DNA of 64,000 nucleotides from Dictyostelium discoideum (Eukaryota): NCBI GenBank assembly GCA_000004695.1, contig CM000151.3, positions 1,696,001 to 1,760,000 of the forward strand, read 5' to 3'. Shown piece by piece: positions 29,983 to 45,473 of this stretch (position 1 is its first letter; each line of letters starts with the position of its first letter). The notes under the pieces were generated by a model. It saw only the letters and a program-made list of their open reading frames with translations, ran no database searches and was not told where the DNA came from. The position numbers and the translations under genes were made by a program.

Positions 29983-31488
29983 ATGTTTATTATCCTAAAA
30001 TTTTTAATATCGTTTTTCCTAATTTGTAATTTTTTTAATTATAATGATCATTTTGCATCTGGTCAAACATTACCTCCTGGATTTTGTCCTTCGCCATTAA
30101 TATATAGAAATTCAACTAATAGACAAAATGATATTGAAAATGGTTATCTGTTTATTGGTCAAACAAATTGTACTTCACCATGTCCAAGGTTTGTTTTTAA
30201 TTTTTAATAATTTTTTAAAATAATAATAATCATTTAAATTTACTTTTTTTTTTTTTTTTTTTTTTTACATTTAATTAATTTTTTTTTTTTTACTAAATTT
30301 AATTATTTATTTACTATATATTAATTTATTTTTTAATTTATTAATTTTTTAATTTATTTAATTTTTAAAAGTTTAATATTTTCAGAAAATGAATGGCATA
30401 GAGTTTATAATATGTCATTAATAGCAGGAACAATTTCAATGTTTGCATTGATATTTTTAATTATTACATATAGTCCATTAGTAAATAAATATAATGGGTA
30501 TACAAGACATACTGTTGGAATTTTATTTTTATTTTGTGGTATATTCTTAACGGTTACTACGGATGGTAGACAACTTTGGGATATTGATTTAGGATTTGAA
30601 AAATATTGTCCGGAACCTGGAAGATTTGCAAGACAATCAGATACAAAATGCTTAGTTACTGCAATTTTCTTTCAATATGGCTGTGTTACTTCAATATTAT
30701 GGTGGGCTGCAATATCGGTTGATTTATGGATGACAATAAGAAAAGTGAAAATTTCAAAACTCCAATTCATAACTTATGCTGTGATTTTGAATATAATTAC
30801 ATTAATTTTAACATTTGCTCCAATTGCATCAAAACAATATGGATATGGTGAAGCGGCAATTGGCTGTTGGTTAATGGATTTGAAATATCAAGTTGGTTAT
30901 TTTTGGGCACCTGTTGGATTTTGTTTATGTGTTGGTTGTGTTAGTATTGTATTGATTATTAGAGAGATTTACAAAGTTTCGGATGCCATTAAAAAGAAAT
31001 TATTAGCAAAACATTTGAAACCATTAATGTTAATCATTTTAATGTTATCAGAATTTATTTATATGTTTATTTTCTATTCATATACAACTTCACGTAGAGG
31101 TCATTATCATGATGTCGTTGAAAAGTATATCCGATGTTTATTTATTAACGCTTCAAATCCATCAATTTGTGAGGTTGATGTATCAATTTCATCACCCGCT
31201 CATTTTTTCTTTCATTTTTGTATGAGATTAATGGGTATTGAGGGTTTGATTTTCTTTGGTTTTACAAGACAAACTAAAAGAATATGGTTAAGATCATTTT
31301 GGCTTAATAATAGTTTCATTAAGAAATTAATACCATCACTTTCCTCTATATCCAGTGATGAGAAAACTTCAAACTCAAGTCATAGAACTACTAGGGGTTG
31401 TAGGGAAACTGAATTTGGTGAATCGATCGAACAATCAAATGATCCAGAACATTTTATCGAGTTATCAGGAGTAGATTCAAAAAATTAA
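29983..31488 (+). CDS. Frizzled/Smoothened-like 7TM receptor lacking a CRD (Dicty fsc/fsl-type). Two exons: join(29983..30188, 30372..31488).
   Basis: The TM3 region [31 protein letters not shown] matches the Frizzled TM3 pattern (C..G.AS.IWWVILS..W). There are 7 predicted TMs. The N-terminal signal peptide is followed by a short Cys motif [14 protein letters not shown]...NCTSPCP. The acceptor is AG at 30370/71, not the nearer ttcag at 30385. That choice is required by phase and supported by paralog conservation (PCPS|[15 protein letters not shown]). Confidence 0.75.
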
Positions 31489-31820
31489 TTTTTTTATTTT
31501 TTTTTTTTGAAAACCCAAATAAAAAAAAAAAAAAATAAAAATAAAAAAAAAATTTGAAAATATCTGAAAAATTTTCAAAAAAAAAAAAAAATCAAAATTA
31601 TAAACAAATTTTTTTAAAAAACAAAACGGCACAACCTTTTGATCAATTGTAGCAAAAATATATTTAGATTTTTTTTTTTTTTTTTTTTTGAATTTTATTT
31701 ATTTCAAATTAATTTAAAAATAAAAATTTTTTTTTTTTTTTTTTGTGTTAACACTAGCCCCAATTTCCTTTTAAATTTTTAAAAGGTTTTTTTTTTGAAC
31801 TGAACAAAAATTTAGTGAAT

Positions 31821-31857
<37 letters not shown>

Positions 31858-31971
31858 AAAAAAAATAAAAACAAAAATATGTGATTGTAAAAAAAAAATT
31901 ATTGAAAAAAAAAAAAAAAACAATTTGATTTGTAAACTGATCAAAATTTTTTTATATAATTAATTTTGACC

Positions 31972-33501
31972 ATGATATCTCATATTAAAAAATTTATAAA
32001 TTTATATACAATTGTTTTCCTTTTATATATTCTATATAGTAATGAAAATTTTTTTGTAAAAGGGCAAAAATTACCACCTGGGTTTTGTCCTTCTCCATTA
32101 ATATATAGAAATACAACAGATAGACAAAGTGATATAGATATTGGCTTTCAATTTTTAGGTGAAACAAATTGTGTTCAACCATGTCCATCGTAAGTTTAAA
32201 ATTAATATAAAAATAAATTTTTTTTTAAAAAAAAAAATATAAATAAATAAAAAAAAAAAAAAAAAGCAATCAATTTCTTTTTAAATTAATAGATTTAAAA
32301 TATAATTAAAAATTAGTTTTTTTTTTAAAATTTTATTCTAATTAATTTTAATTTTTTTTTGTTATTGTTATTTTTTTTTTTTATAAAAATAGTTTAATTT
32401 TAACAGAAAATGAATGGAATAAAGTTTTTAATATGTCATTAGTTGCGGGAACAATTTCAATGTTTGCATTAATATTTTTAATTATTACATATAGTCCATT
32501 AGTTAATAATATTAAAGATTATACAAGACATACTGTTGGAATTTTATTTTTATTTTCTGGAATTTTAATTGCAATGACAACAGATGGTAGACAACTTTGG
32601 GATATTGATTTAGGATTTAAAAAATATTGTCCAGAACCAGGTAGATTTGCAAGACAATCAGATTCAAAATGTTTAGTTACAGCAATTTTCTTTCAATTTG
32701 GTTGTGTAACTGCATTGTTATGGTGGGCTGCAATTTCAGTTGATTTATGGATAACAATTAAAAAAATTAAAATTTCAAAGAAATTATTTATAATTTATAC
32801 AATTGCAGTGAATATAGTTACCATAGTTTTAACATTTGGACCAGTTGGTTCTAAACAGTATGGTTACATTGATGCTGCAATTGGTTGTTGGTTAATGGAT
32901 TTGAAATATCAAGTTGGTTATTTCTGGGCACCAGTTGGATTTTGTTTATGTGTTGGTTGTGTTAGTATAGTTTTAATTCTTAAAGAGATTTACAATGTTT
33001 CAGATGCCGTTAAAAAGAAATTATTAGCAAAACATTTGAAACCATTAATGTTAATCATTTTAATGTTGACAGAATTTATTTATATGTTTATTTTCTATTC
33101 ATATACAACTTCAAAAAAAAATCATTATCATGATATTATTGAAGAGTATGTTGTATGTTTATTTGTTCACGCGGCAAATCCGTCCGTTTGTAAAATTGGT
33201 TCAACAATATCACCATCAGCTCACTTCTTTTTCCATTTATGTATTAGATTAATGGGTTTAGAAGTTTTAATTTTCTATGGATTTACAAGACAAACAAGAA
33301 AAATTTGGATGAGATCATTTTGGTTTAATAATAGTTTTATTAAAAGATTCTTACCATCTATTTCCTCATCAAATGACTCAAAATCATCAAATAATAAAAC
33401 AAGCGGTCGTGTAACTGGTGGTTTTGGTGAATCATCTGAGCAATCAAATGAACCTGAACAATCAATTGAATTATCAGGTATTGATGATTCTAAACATGAT
33501 C

Positions 33502-33506
<5 letters not shown>
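31972..33506 (+). CDS. Second frizzled-like 7TM receptor paralog, in tandem. Two exons: join(31972..32189, 32393..33506).
   Basis: About 80% identical to the upstream copy over the TM core. Donor GTAAGT at 32190, acceptor AG at 32391/92. The junction PCPS|[15 protein letters not shown] parallels the upstream copy. Confidence 0.75.
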
Positions 33507-33563
<57 letters not shown>

Positions 33564-33674
33564 TTACAAGAATATTTGGAGTTATATGTATTTTCATTAT
33601 TTTAAAATAAAAATAAATAAATTAATAATATTTTTTATGGACATATTTTATTTACAAGAAGAAAAGATTTATTT

Positions 33675-33710
<36 letters not shown>

Positions 33711-33714
<4 letters not shown>

Positions 33715-35786
33715 TTTTCAAAAATTGGGATATTAATTGAACCAGTAAAACTATGGGCAAATGAACCTTGAAGACAATTTGGAGTACCTAAATAATAACC
33801 ATCAGCACAAGAACTACTAAGTACAGAAACATCAGCACCTCTCATTACAAAGATATCAACACGAACTGATATAGATGCAACCCAACTATTAGTATTATCA
33901 TAAATGGTTATTTGATAATAACTATTTTCAATGGCAGTATTATCAAATTCAGTTGTAAAATTCGATGAATGAGTTGGGACATCATAATTGTAGATTTGAG
34001 TTGGACTAAATTGAATTTTAAAATTTAAAGCTGTTGAAGTATTATTTGAAATTGTTGGAGCACCTGAACCAATATTATCATTGAGTAAAGACATACAAAA
34101 ATTCCAACCATTGGCTGATAAGAAAAATTCTTGTTCTGAAACACCATTACCCCAAATCAATGACATTAAAGAATCGTCTGGATAAACTTTTGTAGTTTCA
34201 TTATCGGCAATGAAATAGGTAATATTACTATCATTTGGATCAGTCCATAGACATGATGATGGAATATCATCTGGCAATCCGACATTACCATTATTAGCAA
34301 GATCATAACGATAGATTTGATATTTTGATGGCATTAAAATTTGAAGTAGTGAAATTTCATAACCTGGTACAGCGGCTGAAATTAAGTCACCAGTCATTGA
34401 CGATTGCCAAGCAAGTGAGTTTGGGCCACTTAACGTTTCAATTAAACCATGAGTTGTTACCATCATTCCCCAATCTTGAAGTAACATTGTTTCCATATTG
34501 GATACGTTGGATAAAAGTGCTTCATAATTTGTACTTAGGGTATCCCATAGATTAGATAATGCAACTTGGAATGGATCAGGTTGAATTGTACTATGACCAT
34601 CGGAAGCAGCAACACCAATATTGACCGCTGTCTGTAATACATTTCCAAGAATAGGGCCAACACCTGGTAATGCCTCTAAAATTGAATACATCATACCACT
34701 AAATACTTGAATTACAGAACCCATTGCATTAATATCTGAACCTATTTCCAATTGGCAAAGTGTTGCTAATTGATTTAATCTTGCAGAGTTATCAGCAAAT
34801 AATTCGTTATGGAACGATTCATAATTGCCAATTAAATTGATAATTTCTTGAGCATAATTGAATTCTGTAGATAATTGATCTCTAACAAAATCAAACTCTT
34901 CATGAGATAAATAACTTGGATAACTCATTGCTGACATTTGCGATTGGAAAAATGGTAATGACACTGAAAGATTTGTATACTGACTTCTAATATCATCAAC
35001 ATTGCTAAGATATTGACTAATTTCAATGAATGCTGTATTTTGATCTCCAGGGAATGTAGGGAATGCTTGTGGAGGACTTGTTAAAATGGTATTCAATGGA
35101 TATGAAGGTACCAAATCCCATTGAAAGCAAAGGTTATTATTATCAATTGGCTGATCAATAACCAATTCAGTGCCATTCGTTGGAGTGATTGGTTCATTGA
35201 ATGCTCCTTTTATTCCTAGACATGTATTTGGGTAATTTGAATTTTCAATTTGTCCGGTACTTGAATTGTAGGTCCAAATTTGACTTGTATAATTATTCCA
35301 ACCATTGGCAATTGCTAAATTGGTACCATCATTATTGTAATCCATCACATAGTTACCAGCTAAAAGAGATACTAAATGACCATCCTTTGATATTTGCCAA
35401 AGTTGACTTGGATCATTTTCATCGATTTGCCATAGAATACATTGAGTACCCGGTTGTGTATATCTACCAGAAACTCCACAACATAGTGGATTACCATTTG
35501 CGTCCATTTGTCTACATTGAAGGAATATCCAACTTTTTAATGGTGTAATAGATTTCAATGGTGGTAAATCAGTTGGTAGTGAACGAATTGATTTCTTTTT
35601 AGTTTCTTTTTTAGCTTGTTGTGGTTTTTCTTTTAAATAACAATTTGATATTTCATTTGAAATTTTGTTAATTAATTCATTGGACATTTTAATTTCATTA
35701 CTTTTTTTGAAAGACTGTTGTGGTTTTTCTTTTAAATAACATTCTGATATTTCAGTTGAAATTTGTTTATTTAATTTGTTTGACAT
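33711..35786 (-). CDS. Ricin-B-type beta-trefoil lectin domain fused to a roughly 450-aa C-terminal domain with a Gly-rich hydrophobic hairpin (putative membrane-active or toxin-like). No signal peptide. 691 aa.
   Basis: Three QxW-containing trefoil subrepeats (ILWQIDEN / SQLWQISKDG / SQIWTYNS / LCFQWDL) with paired Cys residues. The C-terminal domain contains GMMYSILEALPGVGPILGNVLQTAVNIGVAASDG. The N-terminus has two tandem 28-aa repeats, each starting with Met. Single exon. Confidence 0.7.
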
Positions 35787-36873
35787 CTTTATTATTTTTT
35801 TAAATGTTTATTTTATTAATTGTTTTATTTTTTTTTATTTTATTTTTAGAAATTTGAATTTGATATCAAATCTATTTATACTTTTTTTTTTTTTTTTTGT
35901 GAAAATAAAAAAAATTAAAATAAAATAAAAATAAAACTATTTAAAAATAAATAATGCGATTAAATAAAGGTGTACCATTTTGAGTAAGAAAATCGACTTT
36001 ATTTATTTGAAAATAAATTTTGTTTAAAGTGTTCCAAATTAATTAACCTTTCAAAACACCAAAATGTGCACTTTTTGAAAAAAAAAAAAAAAAAAAAAAA
36101 ATAAAAAAAAAAAGATTTTTTAAAAAACCATTTTCAATGGATTTTTTTTTTTTTTTTAAAAGATCGATTTATTTTAAATTAAATTAAATTTAATTTTTAA
36201 TTTTTTTTTACACAAAGCAAAGACACATTTGCATATTTTGGTACTCCCAGCATTATCAAAAATCACCACTTCTTAAATACAATTAACAATATTTTTTATA
36301 ATAAAAAATAATTTAATAATTATATTTTTAAAAGAAAAAATAAATCATATTAAATTAATACCGGGTTGCTTTTTTTAAAAATTTTTATTTTATTTTTGTT
36401 TTAAAAAATTAATTAGCAACAAAACTAATTTTCCATGAAAATTTTTTAAGAGTAGATTTTTAATTTTTATTTTTATTTTTTTGTTAATTATTATATTCAG
36501 TGAATGAAATAAATAATTTGCTATTTTAAAGAAATTAAAAAATTATAAAAATATTTAAATAAAAAATTAATATTAATTTGAAAATGTTGCAATTGTTTAT
36601 TTAATTAAGTTACTATTTTTTTATTTTTTTTTTTTATATATTTTATTTTTATTTTTAATTTGGATATTTAAAAAATTAAAAATAATTTTTGAACTTCAAT
36701 TTGGTATTTTATTGTTTAAAAAAAAAATAAAAAAAAATAAAAAAAAAAATAAAAATTTGACAAAGGAAATATTTTTTTTTTCATTTTTTTTTTTTTTTTA
36801 TTTTTTATTTTTTTTTTTTTTCTTTTATTAATTTTTCATTAATTTTTTAATACTGCACGTGTTATCATTTTTG

Positions 36874-40050
<3,177 letters not shown>

Positions 40051-40612
40051 TAAAATAAATAAAATAAAGTAAAATTAAATTTTAATCATCATTAAAAAAA
40101 AAAAAAAAAAAGTGGATTTTCCCAAACAATAAAATAAAATAAAATAGAATAAAATAAAATAAAATATAATAAAAAGGATGATCATTTCAAATAAAAGAGA
40201 TGATCATCTTTATAACTTATTTTAACAAATTTGTTATTTGAAAAAATTTTTATTTTTTTATTTTTTTTTTTTTTTCATTTTTATTTTTATTTTTATTTTT
40301 TTGGTCACAGCAAAAAAAAAAAAAAAAAAAAAAAAAGCTTAGCAAAAATATCTTTTTCTTCAAACTTTTTTTATTTTTTTTTTTAAAAGTATATATTTTT
40401 ATTTTTATTTTTATTTTTCACATTCACTTTTTTTTTTTATTTTTATTACTATTAAAAAAAAAAACTGTAATAATAATAATAATAATAAATAAAAAAAGCT
40501 GTTGAAATATTGATTAAAAAAAAAAATAAATAAATAAAAAAAAAAAATAATCAACATTTAATTTTTTTTTTTTTTTTTTTTTGGAGGTGGAGTATATATT
40601 TAAAACTAAAAA

Positions 40613-43600
40613 ATGTTTAGAAATATATTGAGTTGGTTTGATTCAACACCACAACCACCACCACAACAGCAAGAGCAACAACCAGAACAACCATTGGAAC
40701 CACCAAAGGTAGTATCAAAAAATGAAGCCAGAATATTGACAGATCAATTACCAGCACCAGATTCACAAAGATCACAAAGATATGATAGAATTAATAATAA
40801 TAAAAATAACAACAATAGTAATGTTGATCCATTAGGAAATAAAGATATTTTTAGTTCATCTCCATCAACCTCAACAACAACAACAACAAAATCATCTTCA
40901 ACAACAACAACAACAACAACATCATCATCATCAAATAAACAACAACCATTATATGAAGATGAACCACCATTAATTGTACATGAATTAACATCAAAAGGTA
41001 AAAGACCACCATCACCAATATTTAAAGAGGAATCATCAAGTCAATTAATTTTAGATACATGGGAAATTAATTCATCAGATGATGAATCAAATTCTAAAAA
41101 TGATTTCAAAGGTTTTATGAGTCAATTAGAATCTTCAAATTTGAATGAAAAATATATCACTTCAAATATTTATCAAAAATGTATGTGTTTTTTTTATTTT
41201 TAAAATAAATTTATTGATAATTATTAATTTATTAATATAATAATCATTATATTTCATTTCATTTTAATAATAGATGAATTTTTTCAAAAAAGAGATAGTG
41301 AAGAAGATTTATTCCCATCACCAGAACCAATTAAAAAGAAACAATCAAATGATTTAGAGAAAAATATATTTGATGATGATGATGATGATGATATTTTTAA
41401 AAATAAACAGTCAACAGTTACTAAACCAAAACAACCACAACAACAACAAAAACAACCAATAGTTAAAAAGAAAGTTGAAGAAGAATCATTATTTGGTGAT
41501 TCATCATTATCATTGGATAGTCCATTATTAGCTAGTAAATCATCACCACCAAAGTCATCAGTAAATTTATCACCACAATTATTTAAAGAGGATTCATTCG
41601 ATATTGATTCTTTCCTTTCAAATGATTTCGATTTTAAATCTAAAAAATCAAATAATACAACTACAGTGAAAAAAGCTGTTCCTATTTCAAAATCAAAACC
41701 ACAACAACCACCACAAAAAGAAGAAATTAAAGAGGTATCAACTCAAAAGGATAATAGTAATAGTAATAATAATAATGGTTGGGTATCTGTTGATGAAAAA
41801 CCAAAAGAAAGATCAACAAGTAAAAGTAAAATTGGTATTCAAAAGACAGTTACTGTTAAATCAAATAATTCATTTGAAAATGATATTTTTGGAAGTACTA
41901 CTACTAATGATGATGGTGGTGATAATGATTTCTCATTTACACCTGCAACTACACCATCATCATCATCATCAACTAAAGCTACAACTACATCACCATCATC
42001 AACAACAACTACCAAATCAAATATTAATATTGGTCAAAAATCAAATAAATCAGTTGATCAAGCAGATCAATTTTTAAATGATATTTTCCAACAAGAAGAA
42101 CAAGATAAAAAGAGAAGAGAAGAAGAAGCAAAATTAAAACAACAACAAAAACAAAAAGAAAAAGAACAAATTAAAGATGAAATTGATGATTTATTTAAAT
42201 TTTCAAAACCAACAACTACCACCACTTCAACACCATCAAAATCAACTACTTCAATTGTTGATATTAATTCAATTGAAAAGAAATTTTCAAAATCTGCTGC
42301 TAATGCCACCACCACTAATAATGATAATAATAATAATAATAATAATACTTCATCACCAACAAATAAATCTACAAACTTATTTAATGATTGGGAAAAAGAA
42401 GAAGAAATTAAAGTTAAAGAAGAATTAGATAAAAAGAAAAAGATTGAACAAGAAAAGAAATTAGAACAAGAAAAGAAATTAATTGAAGAAAAGAAAAGAA
42501 TTGCAGAAGAAAAGAGAATTTCAGATGAAATCCTAGCAAAGAAACAATTGGCAGAGAAATTAGAAAAAGAAAGAATTGAAAAGGAATTAGAGGATCTTAG
42601 ATTAGCTAAAGAATTGGAAGAAAAAAGATTATTAGCATTGAGACAAGAGAAAGAGTTGGCAGAGAAATTGAAAAGAGAAAGACTAGAAAAAGAAGCTGAA
42701 GATAAAAGAATAGCACAAGAAATTGAAAGAAAGAGATTAGAGAAAGAGAAACAAGATCAATTGGAAAAGCAGAGAAAATTAGAACAACAAAGATTACAAA
42801 AAGAAAAGGATGAAAAAGAGTTGGCTGATAGATTAGAAAAAGAAAGAATTGAAAATGAAATTAAAGAGAAACAAAAACAATTGGAAAAAATTAAATTGGA
42901 AAAAGAATTGGCAGAGAAAAAAGAAAAAGAAAGATTACAAAAAGAAGCTGACGAAAAGAGAATCGCTGATCAATTAGAATTTGAAAGATTATTAAAATTA
43001 AAACAAGAGAAAGAGTTGGCTGAAAAATTAGAAAAAGAAAGATTAGAAAAGGAGGCTGCTGCTGAAGAAAAGAGAATAGCTGCTGAGAAATTAGAGAAAC
43101 AACGTTTAGAAAAGGAAGCTGAAGAAAAGAGAATTGCTCAAGATTTAGAAAGAAAACGTTTAGAAAAGGAAGCTGAAGAAAAGAGAATCGCTCAAGATTT
43201 GGAAAGAAAACGTTTAGAGAAGGAAGCTGAAGAAAAGAGAATTGCTGCTGAAAAATTAAAACAACAACAAGAATTAGCTGCAAAACTTGAAAAAGAACGT
43301 TTAGAAAAGGAAGCTGAAGAAAAGAGAATAGCTCAAGAAAAGAGAATTGCTGAAGAAAATAGAATCGCTCAAGAAAAGAAAATAGCTGAAGAATTAGAAA
43401 AAAAACGTTTACAAAAGGAAGAACAAGATAGATTAGCTGCCGCTGAACTAGAAAGAAAACGTTTAGAAAAGGAAGCTGAAGAAAAAAGAATTGCACAAGA
43501 ATTGGAGAAAAAACGTTTAGAAAAGGAAGCAGCTGAAGTAAAGAGAATTGCAGATGAAGCAGCAGCAGCAGCAAAATTAGAGAAAGAACGTTTAGAAAAG

Positions 43601-45232
43601 GAAGCTGAAGAAAAGAGAATTGCAGATGAAGCAGCAGCAGCAGCAAAATTAGAGAAGGAACGTTTAGAAAAGGAAGCAGCAGCAGCAGAAGAAAAGAGAA
43701 TTGCAGATGAAGCAGCAGCAGAAGCAAAATTAGAAAAAGAACGTTTAGAAAAAGAAAAGAGAATTGCAGATGAAGCAGCAGCAGAAGCAGCAGCAGCATT
43801 ATTACAACAAAAGATTGAAAAAGAAAAAGAAGAAAGAGATCGTATTGCTAAAGAAAATAAAGAATTAAAAGAAAAAGAAGATAAAGAACGTAAAGAACAA
43901 AGACAAAGAGAAAGACAAGAGAAAGAACAAGAAAGAGCAAGAGCATTGAAAGAAAAGATTGAAAAAGAAAAGGAGAGATTAAATCAACAAAAATTAGATC
44001 AAGAAAAAGAAGAAAGAGAAAGAGAACAACGTGAAAGAAAAGAACAACAAGAACGTGAAGAAAATGAAAAACAATTAGAAAAAGAACGTGAAGAAAAAGA
44101 ACGTCGTGAAAAATTAAAACAAAGAAATGAACAATTAGAAAAAGAAAGACAAGAAAGATTTAAAAAAGATCAAGAAGAAAAAGAAAAACAATTAAAAGAA
44201 CAACAACAACAACAAAAAGTAATAATACCAACAACAACAACAACAACAATAAGAGAAAGAAGTAATAGTGATAGTGATGCATTATTAAATTTACCAGATT
44301 CAGCATCATCATCATCTCATTCTGAATTGGTTCATTTAACATTAGGTAGATCGAAAGCTAAAGGTAGAAAGAAACCAACAAGAAGAGAATTAACAAAAGA
44401 TGGTAATAGAAATAAACAAAATATTCCAAATCTTAAAGAATTAAAACCATCTACTGTAATAATACCAGATGATGACGATGACCAATCACAAAAACAACAA
44501 TCCGAAGAGGTTGAAGAAAAACCTGTTGCTGTTAAAAAGATGCCAATTGGTTTCAATCCTGGTATGATGATGCCAAAATTCGATCCATCTGCTGTTAAAT
44601 TAAAATCATCTGCAAAACCTCCTTCAACAAATACAACTACAACAACAACAACAGCTCCACAACAACCTGTTCAATTTAATTTAAAACCAGTTGCACTTAA
44701 ACCAACTGTAACTCAAACAACAACAACAACAACAACTCCACCAACAACACCACCATCATCGAGTGTTCAATTGAAACCAGCTGCAACCAGATCATTCTCT
44801 GGCAGTTCATTTATGGGTATAAATTCAACAACACCAACAACACCACCAACAACACCACCATCATTAAAGAAATCAGCAGCAAAAGATGCAGGTATGAAAG
44901 CATTAGATGTTTTATTACAATGGTTAAAAGATCAAACAGCTGGTTATGAAGGTGTAAATATTAAAGATTTCACTTCATCTTGGTATGATGGTATTGCTTA
45001 TTTAGCACTAGTCCACAGATTCAAACCAAGTCTAATTGGTGATTGGAAATCATTCCCAAAGAATGATCGTGTTGCAAATTATAAATTGGCTTTTTCATTA
45101 GCAGAGAAACATTTAGGTGTAACTGCCTTTATTGATGCTGATGATTTAGCTCAATTACCTTCAATGGAAAGACTCTCAAATATTACCTATCTTTCAGAAT
45201 TCTTTAAAGTAATGAAAAGAGGTGGTTTCTAA
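40613..45232 (+). CDS. Large coiled-coil protein with a C-terminal calponin-homology (CH) domain (cytospin/SPECC1-like architecture). Two exons: join(40613..41180, 41274..45232), about 1509 aa.
   Basis: C-terminal CH domain: MKALDVLLQWLKDQTAGYEGVNIKDFTSSWYDGIAYLALVHRFKPSLI...NYKLAFSLAEKHLGV. The roughly 600-aa central E/K/R/A-rich heptad region is built from 22-23-aa tandem repeats (EKRIAQELEKKRLEKEAE...). Donor GTATGT at 41181, acceptor AG at 41272/73, phase 1. Confidence 0.75.
42400..44200. repeat. Coding tandem repeats, roughly 66-69 nt units (gaaaaggaagctgaagaaaagagaattgc...), inside the coiled-coil gene.
   Basis: Many near-identical units are visible. The antisense strand gives a spurious poly-L ORF (42891..43799). 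Confidence 0.8.
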
Positions 45233-45473
45233 AAAAATAATAATAATTAATAATAATAATTAATAATAATAATAATTTAATACATCATTTGTAATTTTAG
45301 TAATAAAAATAATAAATATAATAATTTATAGGATATTTAAAAATACAATTTTAATTTATTTATTAATTTATTTAGATTATTTTAATTTACTTTTTTTTAT
45401 ATGTACTTGGAGTGTGTTAATATTATTTACAAATATTATAATTTTTTTTTTTTTTTTATTTTTTTTTTATTTG

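Noticed and set aside
42891-43799. 302-aa poly-Leu ORF on the minus strand.
   Set aside because: Antisense artefact of the E/K-rich repeat (GAA/AAG read as TTC/CTT) inside the coiled-coil gene.
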